Part shown: positions 56,552 through 64,000 of the stretch, piece by piece | Numbering within the stretch: the first letter of the stretch is position 1 | How the letters are laid out: each line of letters opens with the position of its first letter | DNA from: Malacoraja senta | Taxonomy: Eukaryota | Assembly (NCBI GenBank): GCA_038087875.1 | Contig: JAXLNO010000462.1 | Location: 1-64,000 of the forward strand | DNA length: 64,000 nt | Direction: 5' to 3' | Notes under the pieces: generated by a model | Seen by the model: the letters and a program-made list of their open reading frames with translations, nothing else | Databases searched by the model: none | Told to the model about the DNA's origin: nothing | Program-made: the position numbers and the translations under genes

Positions 56552-59500
56552 CTATATTTGTAATAATTCTATAAATGCAGACCACGTCAGGTGGAAGTGA
56601 TCTGGTTTATCTGCCAGGAGGAGTCTTATCTCTTCTAGGTGTAATGTTTCGAACATATTTGAAATCCACATGTTTATAATTGGTATTGGAGCATTTTTCC
56701 AAAATTTTTGAATTAGCTTTTTTCCAGTTATTAACACATAGTCTATTAATTTATTTTGGAACACGTTTAGTTCTGGACTATCTTCCGTTGTTCCGAAGAT
56801 AATCCATTCTGCTTTGGGTATCAGTTTTATTTTAAACAATTTTTGTATTTTTGTACAGAAGACAAATGAATGCGCTATAGTAGCCTCTTGAGATTGACAT
56901 TTATCACAATTAGATGATACATTTGGGAAAATTTTATGGATTTTAGTTTTGGAATAGTATAATCTATGTAAAATTTTAAATTGTATTAAAGTGTGTCTTA
57001 CATTAATCGAACATTTATGCACGTGTATTAAGTGTTCGTTCCGCCTTTCCTTTGGAATTTTAATAGCCAATTCTTGTTCCCAGTCTCTTCTAATACCTTC
57101 CGTAGATGGTATTTCTACATTTAGGATAATATTATACAAATATGATATTAAGTTTGCTGATTCGGCTTTTATCTGCATTGCATCATCCAGTACATCTGCT
57201 GGGCTATTATGATAATCTTTTGTATATTTTTTCAAATAGTCACATATTTGAAGATATTTAAAATATTGATTATTTCCATGTTTATATTTTATTTGTAATT
57301 GTTGAAATGTTAGTAATTTTCCAGTTTCATACAGGTCACCGAACGTTTTAATTCCTAGTCTATCCCATTGTGTGAAAGATTTATCTATAATAGAGGGATT
57401 AAACGAAGGATTATTAACTATGGGAGATAAAAGTGATAAATTTCTTAATTTTAAATTTTGTTTTATTTGTTTCCAAATTCTGATTGTACTATGTATAATT
57501 GGGTTTTTATTATAATTTATGTTATTCAGTTTCATTGGTGAGAGGAAGATCGCTCCAATGTTTCCAGAGGAGCAGTCCTCTCTCTCCATTACAATCCAGT
57601 CCACTTGCTGGGCAGAGTTATCCATCAGTTGAATCATATTTTTAATATTTACTGACCAATAGTAATACATGAAGTTAGAGAGTGCTAAGCCCCCTAATAC
57701 TTTAGGTTTGTTCAAGTGTGTTCTTTGTATTCTATGTGATTTATAGTCCCATATAAAATTGGTAATATCTGAGTCCAGTTTAAAAAAAATTATTTGCTAG
57801 ATATATAGGAATCGATTGAAATAGGTATAAAATTTGTGGTAGGAAGATCATTTTTATTGCATTTATTCGACCTATTAAAGACATTGGGAGCGTTTTCCAA
57901 AATTTAATTAATGTGTTTAATTTATTAAGTAGAGGATCAAAATTTGCTTTAAACATACCTTGATATGTTCTAGTAATTTCGATTCCCAGGTATTTAAATT
58001 TTTCTGTAGCTATTTTAAAAGGGAATTTTAAAAGATGTGTTGAGTCTTTCGGTTTTATTGACATAATTTCACTTTTATTCCAATTGATTCTGTATCCAGA
58101 AAAAGATTCAAAGTCTTCAATTAAGTTTAATATATTTCGTATAGTGATTTGAGGTTTTGTAATGTACAGTAATATATCATCCGCGTATAAAGATATTTTA
58201 TTATTTGAATATTTAGTATTATACCCATGTATATCCGGATGTATTCTAATTTTTTCTGCTAACTGTTCGATTATAAGAGCAAACTGTGGTGATAATGAGC
58301 ATCCTTGTCTTTTTCCCCTTGATAGTTGAAATTTCGAGGATAATATGTTATTAGTTAATATTCTAGCTGTAGGTTTATTATATAATAGTTTAATCCATAA
58401 AATGAAATTCTCTCCCAGTTGGAATTTTTGTAATACTTTATCCATATAATTCCATTCCACTTGGTCAAATGCTTTTTCAGCGTTTAGCGAAATAATTGAT
58501 AATTCTTGTTCTTCAGGTTTATGTGAGTGCATTATGTTGAGTAAACGTCTCATATTATTAGATGAGTATCTTTTAGGGATAAACCCCGTCTGATCTGGAT
58601 TTATTTGTTTGCTAATATATTTACTTAATCTTCTAGCTAGTGTTTTCGCTAATATATTTTGATCTGTGTTTAACAATGCTATAGCTCTGTAAGAACCCGG
58701 TTCTTCTATATCTTTGTCTTTTTTAAGTATTAGTGTAATCGTTGAATCAGCTAATGTATCAGGTAGTATTTGTTTTTTTAAAGCATATTGGTACATTTTT
58801 TGTAATCGTGGTATAATTTAGTCATAGAAACTTTTATAAAATTCATTAGTAAATCCATCAGGACCTGGTGATTTTCCATTCTTTAGTGAGTTTATTGTAT
58901 CTTCTAATTCCTTAATTGAGATTTGTGCTCCCAATTCCTCTTGTTCCTTCAACTTTGGAAGATTACAATTATCCAAAAACTCTGTGATTTTATAGGAATC
59001 AGTTGTCGTTTTAGATGTGTACAAGTTCTCATAAAATTGTGCAAATCTTTTATTTATATCCTTCGGTATGGTTAATAATTCCACTCTGTCTGATTTAATC
59101 TTTGGGATCGTATGTTCTTTTTCTCGTTTTTTTAGCTGGCGAGCCAAAAGTTTATGCGGTTTATCCCCAAATTCAAAGTGCTCTTGTTTTGTAATTTGAA
59201 AAAGTCTTATCAGTTTAGCTGATAATAGTTTATTTAATTTAAATTTCAAAATTATTATTTTATTATGTTTCTCTATTGATGGATCTTTAGCATTATCGAT
59301 ATCCATTTGTCTAATAAGTTCCTCTAACTGTCTTTGTTCAATATTATTATTTTTATTTTGAAAAGCTTGATATGAAATTATAATACCTCTAATGTATGCT
59401 TTAAAAGATTCCCATAATACAGTAGACGATATATCTGGAGTATCGTTTATTTCAAAAAAGGCCTCCATTTGTTCTTTTAAATATATACTCGCTTGTGGAT

Positions 59501-60297
59501 CTTTTAAGATGTGAGAGTTAAATCTCCAGAACGATTTATTCTTAGACATTCCTTCCAGTTTTAAAAAGAAAGTTAGTGGTGAATGGTCTGAAATCGGATT
59601 TGTATGGTATGTTGGGTTAAAAGTATGAGGGATTAATTTTGTGTCCACCAGGAAATAATCTATACGTGAGTATGTTTTGTGTACTGTTGAATAAAACGAG
59701 TATTCCCTGCCAGTTGGATTAACAATTCTCCAAACATCTGCTATATTAGTATTGTTTATATAAGTATTTAGTTCACAGGTTTTAGATTTCGTATTCCCTC
59801 TCTGTTTTGGGCTTGATTTATCTAAATACGGATCTAAAACACAGTTAAAGTCTCCTCCTATTATAACATTTTGATAATTAGACTCTGCAATTATGTTCAG
59901 AATTTTATTGAAAAAATGAGGGTTGTCAAAGTTAGGCGCGTATATATTTACCAAGGTAATTGGAGTATCATGAATTTCTCCATTAACTATTAAGTATCTC
60001 CCTTCGATGTCTGTTATAATATTCTTTGCTTTAAATGGTATACCTTTTCTTATAATAATTTGACGTGCCTCTAGATTTCGAAGTAAATGAAGAATGGTAT
60101 GTTTGACCTATCCATTTTGCCCTCAACCTAACTTGATCATTAGATTTTAGATGAGTTTCTTGTAAGAAGATAATGTCAGAGTTGTACGTTTTCAGCTGAG
60201 CTAGTATCTTACCCCTTTTAATATGTTCGTTAATACCTCTTATATTCCAACTACAGAATGAGACTCCTCCTAGGATCTTTTGCTTAGCATCTTGCAT
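56552..60297 (-). pseudogene. L1 ORF2p, frameshifted into four ORFs
   Basis: SWNIRG, LQETH, GGDFN, SDH, LYADD and CDKC...HSFVFC motifs. Confidence 0.93.
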
Positions 60298-61180
60298 TTT
60301 GAATGATTATAGTACCTTTAAATATTGTGGTGCATCCATGTCCCAGGTCTTTAGGTATTGGGGGAGCTTTTGAATTTCTAAGTTTTGTTGGTATATCCCT
60401 TTTACGCTTGTCACTAAACACAAAACACAAACATGTGATTTTATGTGATAATTTTAAAAAAATTGGAAAAGTGAAAATACAGTGTCTAAAATAGTCGACA
60501 CTGTAACAAGTGACCCACCTGTAGGTGGGAGAAACCTTGTTTCGACTTCCATTGAGATGTTAAACAAATAACTCCGCTCTCTTGATTAATTATAGCATAT
60601 TAGAACGGGGCCTCACATTCAGATATATAATACAGTTTTACCCTATATATTTCATTATAACCTATCATGTATATATCACAATTTTGGCTACTAATTATTA
60701 AACAAATGATTTTGACTTCAATAATAGTCAACTGTTGGGTGAAGGGGTTAACGAGACGTGCCCCTGGAACTAAGCCAGGTGCTCGTTTCTCATCCCCTCC
60801 TCCCAGTTATAGATAAGGTTTGAATTTAGTAAAAAAATTCATATTAGTCATATTAGTATTGTTTGTTCGTTATTTTTTTTAATTTATTTTTATTAGCGTC
60901 CGTAGCTATTCTAATCTAACATAGATAACTTATTAGGTTGTTAGTAGGATAAGTTCTTACAATTGGATTTAATATTGTAGTCTATTAAACAAATAATGCT
61001 TCTGGTATATACCATTCCCTTCAATTCAGCTGTTTACTCATTTTGAACAGAGAGTGTCCTTGATTCAAAATTCCATAGATAACAGTCTAGCCATCCCGAA
61101 CAAAACACTGCTTAGAATCTGCCAAACCTCCATTAACCGTGGCGTTCTAGTTTTTTAGAATTAGTCCATACTATTAATTT

Positions 61181-62269
61181 CTATTTTTCAACGATGCTCT
61201 GGGCATATTTGAACGCATCCTCAGGTTTAACAAATGACTTTTCAGAACCCATAAAAGAAATACGCATTTTAGCTGGATAAAAAACCCCGTATCTGACACC
61301 TTGTTTCCCTCTTAAAAGCTCTTTAACCTTCCCGAATTGATTTCTCTTTTGCACAATTTCATACGGGTAGTCCCTGAATATTTTGATAATGTCATTGTCC
61401 ATCCGTAGCTGCACTCCATATTTGATTTTGCTCATGACATCCTCCAGTTCTAAAATGTCCCGAAATTTCACGATAATATGTCGTGGATATGTTTTTCCAG
61501 CATCAGATCTCTGTTTAAATCTTGGAACACGATGAGCCGCTTCAATTTTCGGTTCTTTGGAAAGATTAAGCAGTTGTTTAAGTAAGTCCATGGCAAACTC
61601 ACGAACGTCCTTCCCCTCGACTCCCTCTGAGACTCCAAGAATTCTCAAATTCTGGCGTCTAGAGCGAGCTTCCAGGTCCAGGCATTTATCTGAGACTTTC
61701 CTTAGTTGAGTCAGCATCTGTACTGAAGTTTGTTCATATTCTTGCTTCCTTTGATCATGTTCTTGCCTCATTTTCGCCATGTCTTCAACCACTCGGGCCA
61801 TATTTTTCTCCAATTCCGTAATTGTGCGCATACTTGCAGCTACTGTTGCAAGCACAGCCGTGAACCTGTCCGTAGTAGTTTCATCCATCTTGTCCATTCT
61901 GCCCGATAGTCCATCTTTCACATCATCAATTCGTTTATTTATATTGTCCAGTTAATCAATCACCTTCTGATTACCAGCATCAATAGCCTGATTACCAGCA
62001 TTCGAATCCTTCAACATCTTTTCAATTTTTTCCATAATTTTTCCCATCAGAGTTTTATTTTCATCCATAATTTCATCTTTCATATCTTTCACAGATTTCT
62101 TCAAATCGTCAAACTCTTTGTCCTTACCAGACTCTGTCTTAGATCTTGTATCCATTTCTGCAGCCACTTCAGAAACTTCAGAGGTAACTTGTCCTTCAGG
62201 CTTCTTCTGGTTTCTCAGCAGCTTTTTCACTGATCTCTGAGGGCTCTTGGCTGGAGACAGTTTACTCAT
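61181..62269 (-). pseudogene. L1 ORF1p, one internal stop
   Basis: MSKLSPAKSP..., LEARSRRQNLRILG, AAHRV and YPAKMRI motifs. Confidence 0.9.
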
Positions 62270-62398
62270 TTAAAAGGCTTTAAACCACCGTTTAAAACAT
62301 CGCGCTTACTGATGACGTCATCAGCCCGGCGACCAGAAGCTCCGGTAAGGTTTTTTAATCCAGTCCCGATTTATGGACCCGTTTTACACGAAAAATCA

Positions 62399-63190
62399 TT
62401 TTCGTCGCTCTTCGCGTCCTGAACTTACGTCGCTTTTCCTGTGCTGAAGTTTCCTCACTTTTCGCGTTCTGAATTTTCGTCGCTTTTCGCTTTCTGAAAT
62501 TTTGTCGCATTTCATGTCCTGAAATTTCATCACTTTATGCGTCCTGATGTTTCATCGCTTTTTGTGCCCTGAATTTACGTTGTTTTTCGTGTGCTTCATT
62601 TTCATCGCCTTTCGCGTCCTGAAGGTTCGTCGCTTTTCGCATGTTGAATTGTCATCGCTTTTCGCGTGCTTCATTTCCGTATCTTTTCACGTGCTTCATT
62701 TTCATCACTCTTCGCGTCCTGAACTTACATCGCTTTTCCTGTGCTGAATTTTCCTCACTTTTTGCGTGCTGAATTTTCATCGCTTTTCGCGTTCTGAAAT
62801 TTTGTCGCTTTTCATGTCCTGAAATTTCATCGCTTTATGCGTCCTGATGTTTCATCGCTTTTTGCGCCCTGAATTTACGTTGCTTTTCGTGTGCTTCATT
62901 TTCATCGCTTTTCGCGTCCTGAAGGTTCGTCGCTTTTCGCATGTTGAATTCTCATCGCTTTTCGCGTGCTTCATTTTCGTATCTTTTCACGTGCTTCATT
63001 TTCGTCACTCTTCGCGTCCTGAACTTACGTCGCTTTTCCTGTGCTGAATTTTCCTCACTTTTCGCATGCTGAATTTTCGTCGCTTTTCGTGTTCTTAAAT
63101 TTCGTCGCTTTTCACATCCTGAAATTTTGGCGCTTTATGCATCCTGCTGAATTTTCGTCGCTTTTAGTGTACTAAATTTTCGTCGCTTTT
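62399..63190 (+). repeat. 25-bp satellite with a 300-bp (12-mer) higher-order period
   Basis: CTCTTCGCGTCCTGAACTTAC recurs at ~62408, 62708 and 63008. Confidence 0.93.
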
Positions 63191-63608
63191 AGCGGCCTCC
63201 AGCAGGAATGACGTGGGGCTCCCGTTGCGGAGCTGCGGACTACTCACCGTCACGGGGCTGGCCGAGTCCGGAGCGGGTGGAGCTGTGGTGGAGCGCTGCT
63301 CCGACCCGACCCCCGGAGATTCGGAGGCTACAACCGCGGGTCTGGCGGACGGCAACACCGGAAGCCCCTGGTGGGAGACTGCTTTTCGGGGCTTCCGCAA
63401 CGGCGACTTCTCCCGCCTGAGTTGCGGGGTTGAAGAGCACCTGGAGCTGCGTCTAACATCACCGCCCCGCTCCGCTTGGAATGGCCGCGGGACTTTGCGA
63501 GCGCGCGCCGGGGCTCTAACACCAAGACCCGGTGTGCGACCTTGCATCGCCCGGCGTGGCTTTAATGGCCGTGGGACAATCACCATCGACCACTGGGGGC
63601 TTTGACTT
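63191..63608. other. GC/CpG-rich non-satellite spacer of unknown origin (probably a repeat fragment)
   Basis: Abrupt compositional change; ends GGGGGCTTTGACTTTGAC. Confidence 0.6.
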
Positions 63609-64000
63609 TGACGAAAATTCAGCACGCGAAAAGCGACGAACATTCATCACGCGAAAAGCGACAAAATTACACAACGTGAAAATCTACGAAAATTCGGCAC
63701 TTAAAAGCGACGAAAATAGAACATGCGAAAAGCGACGAAAATACAGCATGCGAAAAGCGACGAACCTGCAGGACGCGAAAAGCGACGAAATACTGCACGC
63801 GAAAAGTGACGATATTTCAGAACATGAAAAGCAACGAAAATTCAGCATGCGAAAAGCGACGAAAATTCTGCACACGAAAAGCCACGTAAACTCAGGACGC
63901 AAAAAGCGATGAAATGTCAGGACGCAAAAAGCGACGAAATTTCAGGACGTGAAAAGCGACGAAATTTCAGCCCGTGAAAAGCGACGAAAATTCAGCACAT
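63609..64000 (-). repeat. 25-bp satellite in inverted orientation
   Basis: GACGAAAATTCAGCACGCGAAAAGC is the reverse complement of the consensus. Confidence 0.96.

Larger units (their letters stand above)
56207..62398 (-). mobile_element. Near-full-length L1-clade LINE (copy B, same family as copy A)
   Basis: T-rich tail at 56207-56240, then ORF2, spacer, ORF1 and a 5' UTR lacking about the first 65 nt of copy A. Confidence 0.93.

Noticed and set aside
56195..62415. TSD for L1 copy B
   Set aside because: Both flanks are satellite monomers and differ (TTTCGTCACTTT vs TTTCGTCGCTCT), so the similarity is uninformative.
63164..63643. Overlapping ORFs in the GC-rich spacer
   Set aside because: Expected from high GC content; no recognisable domain, and some run into satellite.

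Overview
Repeat-only vertebrate DNA with no host gene. A cartilaginous fish (skate/ray) is inferred from the HE1-like V-SINE, the dense CR1 LINEs and the Penelope-like remnants. Bases 1-30.3 kb are a pile of nested retroelements. A CR1 LINE is interrupted by a Rex1/Babar LINE and by a Tf1/sushi-type chromovirus (2451-13138, TSD AACAT), whose gag in turn holds a near-intact full-length CR1 (7176-12471). After these come SINEs, Penelope-like fragments with hammerhead-like cores, minisatellites and a full-length L1 (20300-26944). From 30.3 kb to the end is a CpG-rich 25-bp satellite with kb-scale higher-order repeats. It is interrupted by a young Mag-like Gypsy element (30636-35376, TSD ATGCG), a small CR1 fragment, a second L1 (minus strand) and a GC-rich spacer where the satellite flips orientation. 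The main signals are: (1) a U UUA AAC -1 slippery heptamer right before the ORF1 stop in two divergent CR1s, with ORF2 in the -1 frame; (2) a 90/94-bp monomer array at the CR1 5' end; (3) a tRNA-independent self-priming signature and TG...TA termini in the chromovirus; (4) hammerhead-like cores; (5) the satellite architecture. All family assignments come from motif recognition by eye, not database searches.
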